In this document: in pieces, positions 1-8,355 of the stretch
How positions within the stretch are numbered: the first letter of the stretch is position 1
Layout of the letters: each line of letters begins with the position of its first letter
Source of the DNA: an uncultured virus (IMG/VR IMGVR_UViG_3300046727_000499)
Lineage: Duplodnaviria > Heunggongvirae > Uroviricota > Caudoviricetes
DNA length: 64,000 nucleotides
Direction: 5' to 3' (one strand)
Virus record (IMG/VR): IMGVR_UViG_3300046727_000499
Translations under genes and position numbers: made by a program
Notes under the pieces: generated by a model
Databases searched by the model: none
Told to the model about the DNA's origin: nothing
What the model saw: only the letters and a program-made list of their open reading frames with translations

Positions 1-592
1 GCAACAGGCGGCGGCGGCTCAGGGATTGCTCAACACGCGGGACGCACCGGAGCATGGCGCGGTGGTGCAGTTCGACACGCGATTCTACGCACCGGATGGT
101 CACACTGGATACTGGGATGAAGACGAGGGGATGCTGCTCGGCACGCTCACAGACGGCACCGGCGTCGGGTACCGCCAATGGGGACCGGGGACGTACGGCT
201 ACGCGGGGTGGTACCGGTTGCCGGGCGTGTTGGCCCCGCGCCGCGATGCGACGGGGATGCCGCCGCCGATCCCCGCACCGGACGATAACTACGTGATTCC
301 CGGCAATCCCTATAACGACCCGATCACCGATCCCAACAACCGGATTGGGGTGGGCGGCGGCATCAAGGCGAAGTGGCAGCAGACACCTGACCCGCTATCG
401 ATCTTCGGTTTCCCTGTTGCCAACGAGACCCAGGCGCTGGTGACGGAGCCGGACGGGATGACGGTGCAACAGCGGACGGTCCAGTTCTTTGAACGAACAG
501 TCCTGATCTTTCAACCCGAACATGCCGGCACGGCATGGGAAGTGGTTGTGTCCCTCCGTGGTCAGACGATTACGGAACTGGTAGTCGCATGA
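1..592 (+). CDS. Endolysin C-terminal part (5' truncated by window edge)
   Basis: Near-identical to the C-terminal part of 34667-35971; stop overlaps the holin start (ATGA). Confidence 0.8.
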   Translation, partial: QQAAAAQGLLNTRDAPEHGAVVQFDTRFYAPDGHTGYWDEDEGMLLGTLTDGTGVGYRQWGPGTYGYAGWYRLPGVLAPRRDATGMPPPIPAPDDNYVIPGNPYNDPITDPNNRIGVGGGIKAKWQQTPDPLSIFGFPVANETQALVTEPDGMTVQQRTVQFFERTVLIFQPEHAGTAWEVVVSLRGQTITELVVA

Positions 593-942
593 ACGTCCCG
601 GACCTCCTCGCCAGCATCATCCTGACGATCGTCGGCGCGGCCACCACCTGGCTGATCACGACGGCTGCGCTCTGGCTGCAGAAACACGTCTCGAGCGAGA
701 AACTCGCGCTCGGCATGACGATCGCCCAGGTCGCGGTGCAGGCGACGGAGCAGCTGGCCGCGAAGACCGGCTGGGACGGCGACACGAAGTTCAAGGTGGC
801 GCAGGAGCGACTCCTCGCCCTCGCAAAGAACAATGGCATCAATTTGACGCCGGAGCAGGTGAGCAGCCTCATTGAGCACGCAGTGCACCAGTTGAAGGAG
901 AGCCAGGAGCTGCTCCGTGCAGCAGCAGATCCCTTACCCTGA
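589..942 (+). CDS. Phage holin, LL-H-like
   Basis: N-terminal TM helix, AVQATEQ...GDTKF...IEHAV motif, directly after the lysin. Confidence 0.8.
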   Translation: MNVPDLLASIILTIVGAATTWLITTAALWLQKHVSSEKLALGMTIAQVAVQATEQLAAKTGWDGDTKFKVAQERLLALAKNNGINLTPEQVSSLIEHAVHQLKESQELLRAAADPLP

Positions 943-967
943 TCATCCCACCCTTCCCCATCTCCAG

Positions 968-1001
968 CCTCTTCCTCTGTCGCGGGGGAAGAGGCATTTT
1001 C
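968..1001 (+). terminator. Rho-independent terminator after holin
   Basis: GCCTCTTCCTC/GGGGAAGAGGC stem followed by ATTTT. Confidence 0.6.
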
Positions 1002-1020
1002 ATTTGGGATCGTGCCCGTC

Positions 1021-1126
1021 CGTGGCCGGGATGGTTTGAACCGCTCTTCTATGGTTTATCCCGTCCCAACGCGCTTTTCGAGCGCCACCCATAGGGGTCG
1101 CTCTTCTCGCCCGCTCCGTAGCCCTC
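1021..1126. repeat. Conserved ~105-bp non-coding element, copy 1
   Basis: Near-identical to 37058-37163. Confidence 0.85.
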
Positions 1127-1206
1127 ACTCCTCCAATCCAAGCACACGGAACCTTTCCTCAGCGTCACTGACCTGATGCTCGATGTCGCGGGCGTCACCT
1201 GACTCC

Positions 1207-1659
1207 TCACCGGGTGAACAGCGTGATGACGATCGTCGCGGTGCTGATGATCACCGTGCCGAGCAGGAGCGCCGACCACGCTGGATGTGCGACGGAGAAC
1301 CAGCCCAGCCACTCCTCGACGCGCACGTTGCGCGAGCGATGGGCCATGAGCTGCGGGTTCGGGTTCACCCGTTGCGTGTGACGGTACTGGCCGTACACGG
1401 CAACGGGTGAACCCGGCGCCGGCGGCAGCGATGGAGCAACGAACTGGGCGTAGAGCGCCGGTGACTGCGCGTAGAGTAGCACCCCCATCGTCTCGCGCTG
1501 TCGCTGCTTCGCGTGTTCGTCGGCGACGATAACCAGTGCGTGAATGACGGCGGGGAACCAGAGCAACCAGATGAGGAAGAAGTTCGCCAGCGCCTGGCCC
1601 GCGCGATTGACCATCAAGAGCGCGATGGGCGGGCAGAGAAAACACATCAGATAGTCCAT
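1207..1659 (-). CDS. YqaE/Pmp3-family membrane protein with C-terminal extension
   Basis: MDYLMCFLCPPIALL...LLWFPAVIHAL motif; second TM segment at C-terminus; reads through a hairpin element. Confidence 0.7.
   Translation of the reverse strand: MDYLMCFLCPPIALLMVNRAGQALANFFLIWLLWFPAVIHALVIVADEHAKQRQRETMGVLLYAQSPALYAQFVAPSLPPAPGSPVAVYGQYRHTQRVNPNPQLMAHRSRNVRVEEWLGWFSVAHPAWSALLLGTVIISTATIVITLFTR
1360..1415 (+). mobile_element. Hairpin element copy 1
   Basis: CGGGTTCACCCGT-TGCGTGTGACGG-tactgg-CCGTACACGGCA-ACGGGTGAACCCG. Confidence 0.85.
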
Positions 1660-1694
1660 GGTAGTTTCCTTTCGTGTCGTTGGTACACACGGTG

Positions 1695-1952
1695 TCAATC
1701 GGAGACGCGGGTGCAAACCGGAAAGTCGCGGTCATCTTGATCGCGCATCTCGCGCTGGATGATCGCGCTATCCACCGTCGCCTCAATCTGGGCATAGGTC
1801 ATATGCTGAAAGCAATCCGTATCTTCGATGGCGATGCCACCGAACCACCCGGCGCGGATGCCGGTCTCCGGTTCGTCGCCTTGCCAATCGAGTACGACCT
1901 CGATGATCTTGCCGCAGACGGGACAAGTGACCTGCTCAACATCCTCGTTCAT
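1695..1952 (-). CDS. Hypothetical protein with CPVCG motif
   Basis: Translationally coupled to the WYL ORF. Confidence 0.55.
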   Translation of the reverse strand: MNEDVEQVTCPVCGKIIEVVLDWQGDEPETGIRAGWFGGIAIEDTDCFQHMTYAQIEATVDSAIIQREMRDQDDRDFPVCTRVSD

Positions 1953-2206
1953 GCCGGCACGCCCTGAACCGGCAGCAGATGCACCGACGCGAAACGATCA
2001 ACCCGAAAGGAGATCGTCGTGCCGCGAATGCTATCCCATCCTCTGAGAATATCCGCGCCGGCGTCGGTTGCGTACAGGCGCTCTGGGATGATCACGCGGG
2101 CCTTCTCGGTGACATCGCCGGTGCGGTAGAGCACGACGAGCGCGCCTTTCGTGCGGATGGCATTGTGCAGATTGTCATACAGTCGTACGGTGTCGGAGGT
2201 GCTCAT
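1949..2206 (-). CDS. Stand-alone WYL-domain protein
   Basis: Y...R.I.PERL...L.GWD..RG....FRVDR pattern. Confidence 0.7.
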   Translation of the reverse strand: MSTSDTVRLYDNLHNAIRTKGALVVLYRTGDVTEKARVIIPERLYATDAGADILRGWDSIRGTTISFRVDRFASVHLLPVQGVPA

Positions 2207-2276
2207 GAGACTTACCTCTCTGAGTGCTTGCCCTGTCGGTGGTCAGACGCCGGCGGGGCTTCTTCTTGTCTGTAAC

Positions 2277-2308
2277 CATTCTAACACGTATCAGCGTTGA
2301 TTGTCAAG
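2277..2308 (-). promoter_or_regulatory. Sigma70-type promoter for WYL operon
   Basis: Minus strand TTGACA-N18-TAGAAT; near-duplicate of 2864-2894. Confidence 0.65.
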
Positions 2309-2332
2309 CGTTTTGGCGATAATGCGAACACG

Positions 2333-2366
2333 GAAAAGCCCTCCGCTATGGGGCGAGCGGAGGGCT
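2333..2366 (-). terminator. Terminator after hicAB
   Basis: AGCCCTCCGCT/AGCGGAGGGCT stem with T-tract on minus strand. Confidence 0.6.
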
Positions 2367-2380
2367 ACGGGTCGGGGGGG

Positions 2381-2608
2381 CTATGCGTGGACGGGCACGT
2401 CCACATCAACCGTAACGGCCTGCACCGAGTACGGGCGCGGCAACTCCTCATGATCGCGCACCATTGCCTCCAGGTGCATCCGCAGCGCCTCACGATAGCG
2501 TGCGATCGTCTCTTCGATGGTCGCGCCGGTGGCGATGCAGCCCGGCACATCGGGGGAATATGCGCCGTAGTTGTCGTCTGCCTTTTCGATCACCACGAGG
2601 TACTGCAT
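2381..2608 (-). CDS. hicB: HicB antitoxin (short form)
   Basis: YLVVIEK...YGAYSPDVPGCIATGAT.EE...REAL..HLE. Confidence 0.9.
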   Translation of the reverse strand: MQYLVVIEKADDNYGAYSPDVPGCIATGATIEETIARYREALRMHLEAMVRDHEELPRPYSVQAVTVDVDVPVHA

Positions 2609-2619
2609 CGGGTTCTCCT

Positions 2620-2814
2620 TTATGGCCGCCATCCGGCTTGCCGTTGAATGTTGTTCCATGTGCCGGGCGGAATGGTGTCGCTCGGCTTGCCCGCCACCGT
2701 GACCTTGCCGGGCTTCGTGGGATGCTCAAGTTGGCGATGGCTGCCCGTCTGAGAAGTGATGCGCCAGCCGTCCGCGTGGAGCCGCTTGAGTGCATCCGCC
2801 ACCTTCGTTGCCAT
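2620..2814 (-). CDS. hicA: HicA mRNA interferase toxin
   Basis: L.ADGW....QTGSHRQLEHPTKPGKVTV...IPPGT..NI.RQAG. Confidence 0.9.
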   Translation of the reverse strand: MATKVADALKRLHADGWRITSQTGSHRQLEHPTKPGKVTVAGKPSDTIPPGTWNNIQRQAGWRP

Positions 2815-2840
2815 CCCCGGCCCCCCTGAGTGTATCACCG

Positions 2841-2926
2841 TGTCAAGCACCTCTTGACAGTATCATTCTAACACGTAATCGCGTTGATTGCAAGGGGTTG
2901 CATGCATCAATCAAACACGCTAGAAT
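2841..2926. promoter_or_regulatory. Divergent promoters and operator palindrome between hicA and HTH gene
   Basis: TGTCAAG-N5-CTTGACA palindrome; TTGCAA-N17-TAGAAT (minus) and TTGCAT-N17-TAGAAT (plus). Confidence 0.6.
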
Positions 2927-2932
2927 AGAACG

Positions 2933-3130
2933 ATGAGAGGCTACATGACACTCAGGGAAATGGCAGAGCGGCTCGGGTACAAGAACGGGAATGGCCTGCG
3001 GTCGCAGATCCGGTTCGGCGCGCTCCATGCGGAGAAGGTGGGGCGAGACTGGGTCGTGTCTGAGCAGGAGTATGCGCGGTACGTATTGGAGCACGCGGGG
3101 AAGCCGGGGCGAAAGCCAAAGCCGCGCTGA
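2933..3130 (+). CDS. Small HTH (excisionase-like) DNA-binding protein
   Basis: MTLREMAERLG...LRSQI..GAL.AEKVGRDWVV. Confidence 0.75.
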   Translation: MRGYMTLREMAERLGYKNGNGLRSQIRFGALHAEKVGRDWVVSEQEYARYVLEHAGKPGRKPKPR

Positions 3131-3333
3131 TGGAGGATGAATGCCACGGATCAAATCAACTCCGGCAACCCGCGCCGTGATCCTCGCCTATCTGCTCGCG
3201 CCGCGGGCGAATGAGCCTGCCGCGCCCACGGAGACGGCAATCCCTGACGATACACACACACAGACACACACATCGCCGCACGACGATCAATCAGGCGTAT
3301 CCGGTTTATCCAGTTGTGACAAGGGAAAGTAGG

Positions 3334-3379
3334 TGGCTGGGGCGCAGGGATTCGAACCCCACCTACCTGATCCAGAGTC
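3334..3379 (-). other. att core: 3' half of tRNA-Gln(CTG), attP-like
   Basis: Minus strand GA-CT-CTG-GA-TCAGG...GGGGTTCGAATCCC...CGCCCCAG-CCA; no 5' half; next to the integrase 3' end; GTGATAGGC arm-like repeats at ~3407 and ~3480. Confidence 0.85.
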
Positions 3380-3506
3380 GTTTTAGGTGGCAAAGAGTGG
3401 GGGAGAGTGATAGGCCGTTTCCTCACCCCCGCTGGGAGAACCGGCAGTTCAATCCGCTCACTCTCTGGCATAGCCCCACGTGATAGGCACACAAAATCAC
3501 ACACAC

Positions 3507-4670
3507 CTATCGGCCACCAAACAGTTCGTCCATTGCATCCGCCACTTTGTCTCTCCCCTCATCCGTCTCATGGGTGTAGTACTCAGTCATCGATAGCGAT
3601 GCATGCCCCAGGAGCGTCTGGATGTCCTTCGGCGGCACTCCGCGTGATGCCAGCAATGTCGATGCCGTGTGCCGCAGATCATGCGGGCGGATACGTGGTA
3701 AGCCAGCACGGTCGAGTGCCACATGGAAGTCTTTACCAACGTTGCCCCGGTCCAACGGCGTCCCGATCGGTGTGCAGAACACAAGGTCATGTTCTTCCCA
3801 TTTGTCGCCGGCGCGCTTCCGCTCAAATGCCTGTTGTTCCTGGTGACGCTTGAGCGCCTCGACAACGAACCGCGGCAGCCGCAAGGTGGCGAACTTTAGC
3901 TTGCTCGTCTCCCGATCCACACGGCGCACCACACCATCGACGCGCTGCATCTGCCCGGTGATCGAGAGCGTCCGTTTGGTGAGATCGATGTCTTCCCACC
4001 TGAGCCCCATCAAGACGCCTTGTCGCAGGGCGCATGCGAGGGCAAGGGTGTAGAAGGCGATCAACCGGTCATCAGCATTCTTCTCCAGGAACGTCTCCGC
4101 CTCTTTCGCGCTCAGCGTTCGATACCGCCGTTTGGGTACATCGGGCCGGTCCGCGAAGTGGGCGGCATTGCGCGGTACCGCACCTGCCTTATAGGCGTGC
4201 TCCAATGCGGCGTGGATGATGGCACGATGGTACTCCACCGTGCGCAGGCTCAGACCCTTCTGGCGGCTCGTGGTGAGCAACTGCTTGATATGGCGCGTGT
4301 GCACCTGATCGAGCCGGAGAGTGCCGATCGCCGGGTTGATGTGGTTCCTGATCTCCGCCCGATAGGATTCCAGGGTTCGGGGCGCGTTCTTGTTCATCGA
4401 CTCTTTGTAGGCAAGCCATTCTTCCAGCCACTCAGACACCTTCATCTTGCCCGCGTCCAGGTCCGCGCCGGCGTCATACGTCGCACGCAGATCGAGCAGT
4501 TGTTTGTTGACGCCTGCTTCACTACGACCGCGCACACTCTTGACGTTCGGTGAGCCATCGGGCTTGCGACCGAGGGTGATCTGACCCCACCACTGCTGCG
4601 GGCCCAGCTGCTTGACGGTCCCCGACCCCTTCGGCCGGCGCGGTTTCGGCGAGTCCGTCATGGCGGTCAC
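3507..4670 (-). CDS. int: Tyrosine integrase
   Basis: R (ALRQG), HDLRH, LGH and Y catalytic motifs; N-terminal arm-binding and SAM-like regions. Confidence 0.95.
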   Translation of the reverse strand: MTAMTDSPKPRRPKGSGTVKQLGPQQWWGQITLGRKPDGSPNVKSVRGRSEAGVNKQLLDLRATYDAGADLDAGKMKVSEWLEEWLAYKESMNKNAPRTLESYRAEIRNHINPAIGTLRLDQVHTRHIKQLLTTSRQKGLSLRTVEYHRAIIHAALEHAYKAGAVPRNAAHFADRPDVPKRRYRTLSAKEAETFLEKNADDRLIAFYTLALACALRQGVLMGLRWEDIDLTKRTLSITGQMQRVDGVVRRVDRETSKLKFATLRLPRFVVEALKRHQEQQAFERKRAGDKWEEHDLVFCTPIGTPLDRGNVGKDFHVALDRAGLPRIRPHDLRHTASTLLASRGVPPKDIQTLLGHASLSMTEYYTHETDEGRDKVADAMDELFGGR

Positions 4671-5671
4671 GACAGACTGCTAAGCATGGCATACATTTCC
4701 GCTCGTGCCACGGTGGCTGACGTTGTCACTGATGTCTGAGCTGCCGATTGGCCGTTCGCCGGGATGAAATCCACGAAGGTGTATCCGCCGCCGATGATAT
4801 TGCCCGCGGCGTCATAAACGATCGCCGAGACACGGACATTCTTTACGTCTGTTGGATACGCGCTTTTGATGATACCACTAACCTTTGGGTAGTCTTTGTC
4901 CGGCTGGTAGGCGACGTTGCTACTCGTGAACGCAGGCGGGTAGGTTTTCGTCGCCGCCTTCCCTGCCTTGACTTGCACATCGATCCGGGTCACGGGCGTG
5001 TCGGCGTTCAGATAGATGTCCTTCGCGATACCGAGGCGTTGGGCGGAGAGGATGAGCGAGATGTATCCCGAGTCACTGCCGAGCACCGTCCCGCCGCCTC
5101 CGTAGGCGGCGATCTGATACTGGCTGTCTTCCAATGTGGGTCCGCCATTATCAACAAGGAACGCGATGCTGACCGACTTGCCTTTCTGGCCAAATCCCGA
5201 CTTGGCGACGCTCAGCCCGCCACTTACGGCCGGCGATGCTGCTGCCTGCGTCGCTCCCGTCGGCGCGGTTGCGGCGGGCGCTGCCGCGGGGCCGCCACTC
5301 GGGTATTTGGTCTTGTACTTCTGGCTTCCCAGGAGGCTGAGGAGCACATCGTTTGGTGGCTGATTCTCCGGATGCGCCTCGAAGACGGCGCGCTCGAAGT
5401 ATTGCACCGTGTAGGTTTTCCCGTCCGTATCGCTCTTTTCCTGAAACGGCGCCGAGATCGGGAACCCCTGTTGCGCGAGACCACCGTGTGATTTCCAGTA
5501 GGTGAGGAACGCACCGCAGACTGGGAAGCCGGTTTCGGCGAAGGTCTGGCAGTCATCCGCGGCCGCGAGCGGTGCGGGCGAGAGGAGGTGGCGGCTCCCG
5601 GCAAGATAGCCGCCCGCGATGAGCATCCCCGCGACGACGCAGCCGACGATCGGATACCAGCGCCGCATCAT
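4667..5671 (-). CDS. Secreted/membrane-anchored moron protein with Chloroflexi-type surface domain
   Basis: N-terminal signal/TM; F.ETG...FL.YW...GGL...G.PIS...VQYFERAVFEAHPEN; Ala/Pro linker; beta-rich C-terminal domains. Confidence 0.75.
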   Translation of the reverse strand: MMRRWYPIVGCVVAGMLIAGGYLAGSRHLLSPAPLAAADDCQTFAETGFPVCGAFLTYWKSHGGLAQQGFPISAPFQEKSDTDGKTYTVQYFERAVFEAHPENQPPNDVLLSLLGSQKYKTKYPSGGPAAAPAATAPTGATQAAASPAVSGGLSVAKSGFGQKGKSVSIAFLVDNGGPTLEDSQYQIAAYGGGGTVLGSDSGYISLILSAQRLGIAKDIYLNADTPVTRIDVQVKAGKAATKTYPPAFTSSNVAYQPDKDYPKVSGIIKSAYPTDVKNVRVSAIVYDAAGNIIGGGYTFVDFIPANGQSAAQTSVTTSATVARAEMYAMLSSLS

Positions 5672-5699
5672 TGCACCCTCCTTCGCGTACCAGTCCTGC

Positions 5700-6380
5700 C
5701 TAAAGAAATCGGTCATCCAGCGGGCGAGTGATCTGTATGACTCTTCCCACCACGCCTTCATCTTTTTCGGCATCCTCCAACGACACGATTGATCCATCTG
5801 CGTCACCGCGGAGGACCGTCTTCCCGCCAACGCGTGCGAGCCGCTTCACATAGGTTTCGCCTTGCACCACGGCGACGACGATATTGCCGACATCCCATTT
5901 GGCGTGCGTGTCGAAGACCACGAAATCCCCTTCCAGGATTTGCGGCTCCATACATGTACCCTTGGCTTTCACTGCTTGAATTGATTGTCGGTTCTGCCGA
6001 AACCGGGGCGGAAGATAGACATACTCTTCAACCGGGACACCGATTCCCATTGAGGCCGTCACATTCTGCACCACGGGTATTGGCACGGGTTGGTTGATAA
6101 GGGCTTCGCGCAGGAGTTCATCGATCGATCGTGAAGACGTTCTTTCCCCATCTCGTGGGTCTTCTTCGCGAACTGCGCGTACCACGACTTCAAGCGAAAG
6201 TCCGAACGCCTGCGATACCAACTCGATTGACGGGAGTTCGGGAGGTAGCCCCTTGCCTGCAAGCCACTTGCTCACGGTCTGCGCGCGCAGCCGACCGCCG
6301 GTCGCGCGGACCAGATCGGCTTGCTTCCAATCCCGTTCGTCAAGTTGATCCTGGAGCCAAACCGGAAACGGTTTCGCCAT
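5700..6380 (-). CDS. cI: CI-like repressor (XRE HTH + S24 peptidase-like domain)
   Basis: N-terminal HTH (QADL...TVSKW); G.CMEP.I.EGD.VV.D and VKRL motifs; divergent from cro. Confidence 0.9.
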   Translation of the reverse strand: MAKPFPVWLQDQLDERDWKQADLVRATGGRLRAQTVSKWLAGKGLPPELPSIELVSQAFGLSLEVVVRAVREEDPRDGERTSSRSIDELLREALINQPVPIPVVQNVTASMGIGVPVEEYVYLPPRFRQNRQSIQAVKAKGTCMEPQILEGDFVVFDTHAKWDVGNIVVAVVQGETYVKRLARVGGKTVLRGDADGSIVSLEDAEKDEGVVGRVIQITRPLDDRFL

Positions 6381-6426
6381 TTTCGCCTCCAACAGAGGCG
6401 ATTCTAACTTGAAGTTGTAGAAATCC

Positions 6427-6455
6427 TTGACAGATTCAATCACAGGTGCTAAACT
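6427..6455 (+). promoter_or_regulatory. Early rightward promoter, unit B
   Basis: TTGACA-N17-TAAACT upstream of cro. Confidence 0.65.
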
Positions 6456-6473
6456 CGCATTTGGAGGTGAGAA

Positions 6474-6725
6474 GTGAGGTATCGGGTGACACATCTCTGG
6501 GCTGTTCTACACGCGCAAGAGCGATCGCTCTCGTGGCTGGCGCGGCGCATGGGATACACGCAGCAGTATCTCTCTCTCCTGAAAACAGGGCGTCGAGCGC
6601 AGGTTTCCGAACGATTCGCAAAGGCCGCGAGTGCTGTTCTGAACCTGCCAATCGAAGCCCTTTTTTTGCCAGCGGAATCACCTGTGAATGATGAAAAATC
6701 GCTTGCGGATGTTGCCGCCGACTAA
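6474..6725 (+). CDS. cro: Cro-like HTH regulator
   Basis: SLSWLARRMGYTQQYLS HTH; position opposite cI. Confidence 0.8.
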   Translation: MRYRVTHLWAVLHAQERSLSWLARRMGYTQQYLSLLKTGRRAQVSERFAKAASAVLNLPIEALFLPAESPVNDEKSLADVAAD

Positions 6726-6794
6726 CGCCACACGCCCACGATAGGGCAGGTCAAGCACAGCGTGGCGATTTTGGCTGGAAGGAGGAAATGGGAC

Positions 6795-6971
6795 ATGCGA
6801 GAAGACGGACCGAGCCGTGGCCGGCCCCGGCAATGCGACCTGGTGAACGATCTGATGGATTTGCACGCGCGCCTGATACGCGAGCAACAGAACGTGAAAC
6901 GGATGACAGAGCGCGCACTGTGGATGGAGCAATCGCTACGGAAGAACGGACAGCACGCCGAGAACCGCTGA
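6795..6971 (+). CDS. Hypothetical early protein
   Basis: Homologous to 42200-42458 (DLV..LMD..ARL); start uncertain. Confidence 0.55.
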   Translation: MREDGPSRGRPRQCDLVNDLMDLHARLIREQQNVKRMTERALWMEQSLRKNGQHAENR

Positions 6972-7011
6972 GCAAGAGCGGTCTGCGGCACATGCAAGAA
7001 AGCGTACAGAG

Positions 7012-7236
7012 ATGCTAGCAAACGTGAAGACAAAAAACCAGCCTCCCACTCCCTCACCCTCGCCCCTGATGGTGCGGGTGGCGGGCGCGGCAAAGCTGCT
7101 TGATGTCAGCGGCACCACGATCCGCCGCTGGTGCGCGAGCGGCGATTTGCCGTACGGCTGGTACCAGGGTCAGCGGCGGATCAAGGTCGAAGACATTGAG
7201 AAGTTCGTGGAGCGAGTGAGGAGGGGAAAACTATGA
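7012..7236 (+). CDS. Excisionase-like HTH protein
   Basis: V..AAKLLDVS.TTIRRW..SG.LP...QRRI..EDIEKF. Confidence 0.8.
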   Translation: MLANVKTKNQPPTPSPSPLMVRVAGAAKLLDVSGTTIRRWCASGDLPYGWYQGQRRIKVEDIEKFVERVRRGKL

Positions 7237-7412
7237 CGAGGTGGATTGACAGTGAGGACGTGCCGGAGTGGCTTGTGGCGTTCCGGCAGACGCTGGCGGC
7301 GATTGAGCGGGAGACACTGCTGCGGAAGTATCAGCGGGACAGCTGGATTGTCGCCGAGGGGCGGCGGATCGAGCAGGAGCGTGCACGGATGGCAGAAGGC
7401 GGGGGCCAATGA
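7233..7412 (+). CDS. Hypothetical protein (59 aa)
   Basis: Read by hand; ATGA overlaps with both neighbours. Confidence 0.55.
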   Translation: MTRWIDSEDVPEWLVAFRQTLAAIERETLLRKYQRDSWIVAEGRRIEQERARMAEGGGQ

Positions 7413-8299
7413 GCGCGGATAACGCGATCGCCTTGCGGCCAGTGATGGAGGTCACCTCGGAGGAGCGGTTCAGCCGCGAGGACATCGCGCTCATCCGGGA
7501 CACGGTCTGCCGGGGTGCGAGCGACGCGGAGTTCCGCTTGTTCATCAATCAGGCCGTGCGCACGGGGCTCGACCCGCTGGCGCGGCAAATCTACTCCGTG
7601 CCCCGCGGCGACGGCAGGACGATCCAGACGGGGATTGACGGCTATCGCCTGATCGCGCAGCGCACGGGCGAGTACGCGGGCAGTGATGACGCCGTGTACG
7701 ACACGGAGACGGAGACCAACCCGGGGCGCGCCACGGTCACGATCTGGCGGTTTGTTGCCGGCGAACGGTGCGCCTTCACGGCGACGGCGCGGTGGACGGA
7801 ATACAAGCCGGCCGCGGGTCAGGATCACATGTGGAAGAAGATGCCCTACCTGATGCTGGCGAAGTGCGCGGAAGCCCTGGCGCTGCGCAAGGCGTTCCCA
7901 CAGGAACTATCCGGCATCTATACCGACGCGGAGATGGAGCAGGCAGGCACGGTGGACAGCACGGCGCGCGAGGTGCGGACGGGCGGGCGACCGGTTGCGA
8001 TTGCACGCGGGCCGGTCGGCGGATCGACGCGGCAGCAACTCCGTGAAACAGTAGCGAACACTACAGCGCGCCCCGTGAAGGCCTCCATCGCCCCGATGCC
8101 AGCGGGGCCGAATGAGGACGACGCAGTGCTGCGGGACGAACTGCGGGAGTTGGGTACGCGCGGGTTCGATCTGAACAAGTTCCTGACGGGACGGAACAAG
8201 GAACTGGACGACCTGACGCGCGGGGAGCTGGAGGGCATTCTGCCGGCCGCGCGTGACGTGGTGCAGAAGAGGGTGGAGCGTCTGACGCAGCACGCATAA
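7409..8299 (+). CDS. bet: Bet/RecT-family single-strand annealing protein
   Basis: GLDPL.RQIY, GIDGYR.IAQRTG.Y.G, W.KMP.LMLAKCAEA.ALRKAFP. Confidence 0.9.
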   Translation: MSADNAIALRPVMEVTSEERFSREDIALIRDTVCRGASDAEFRLFINQAVRTGLDPLARQIYSVPRGDGRTIQTGIDGYRLIAQRTGEYAGSDDAVYDTETETNPGRATVTIWRFVAGERCAFTATARWTEYKPAAGQDHMWKKMPYLMLAKCAEALALRKAFPQELSGIYTDAEMEQAGTVDSTAREVRTGGRPVAIARGPVGGSTRQQLRETVANTTARPVKASIAPMPAGPNEDDAVLRDELRELGTRGFDLNKFLTGRNKELDDLTRGELEGILPAARDVVQKRVERLTQHA

Positions 8300-8355
8300 A
8301 CGGCGAGACGGGGCGGGCGCGGCAATCGTGCCCGCTTTTCTGTCGGGAGGATGGT

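Larger units (their letters stand above)
1..1001 (+). repeat. Lysis cassette copy 1 (direct repeat of ~35380-36390)
   Basis: Colinear at offset 35,379 with scattered substitutions. Confidence 0.95.

Noticed and set aside
1..942. Diversity-generating retroelement TR/VR pair formed by the duplicated lysis cassette
   Set aside because: Differences are mostly synonymous and not adenine-specific, and no reverse transcriptase is present
3334..3410. Intact tRNA gene
   Set aside because: The 5' acceptor strand and D-arm are missing; treated as an att core
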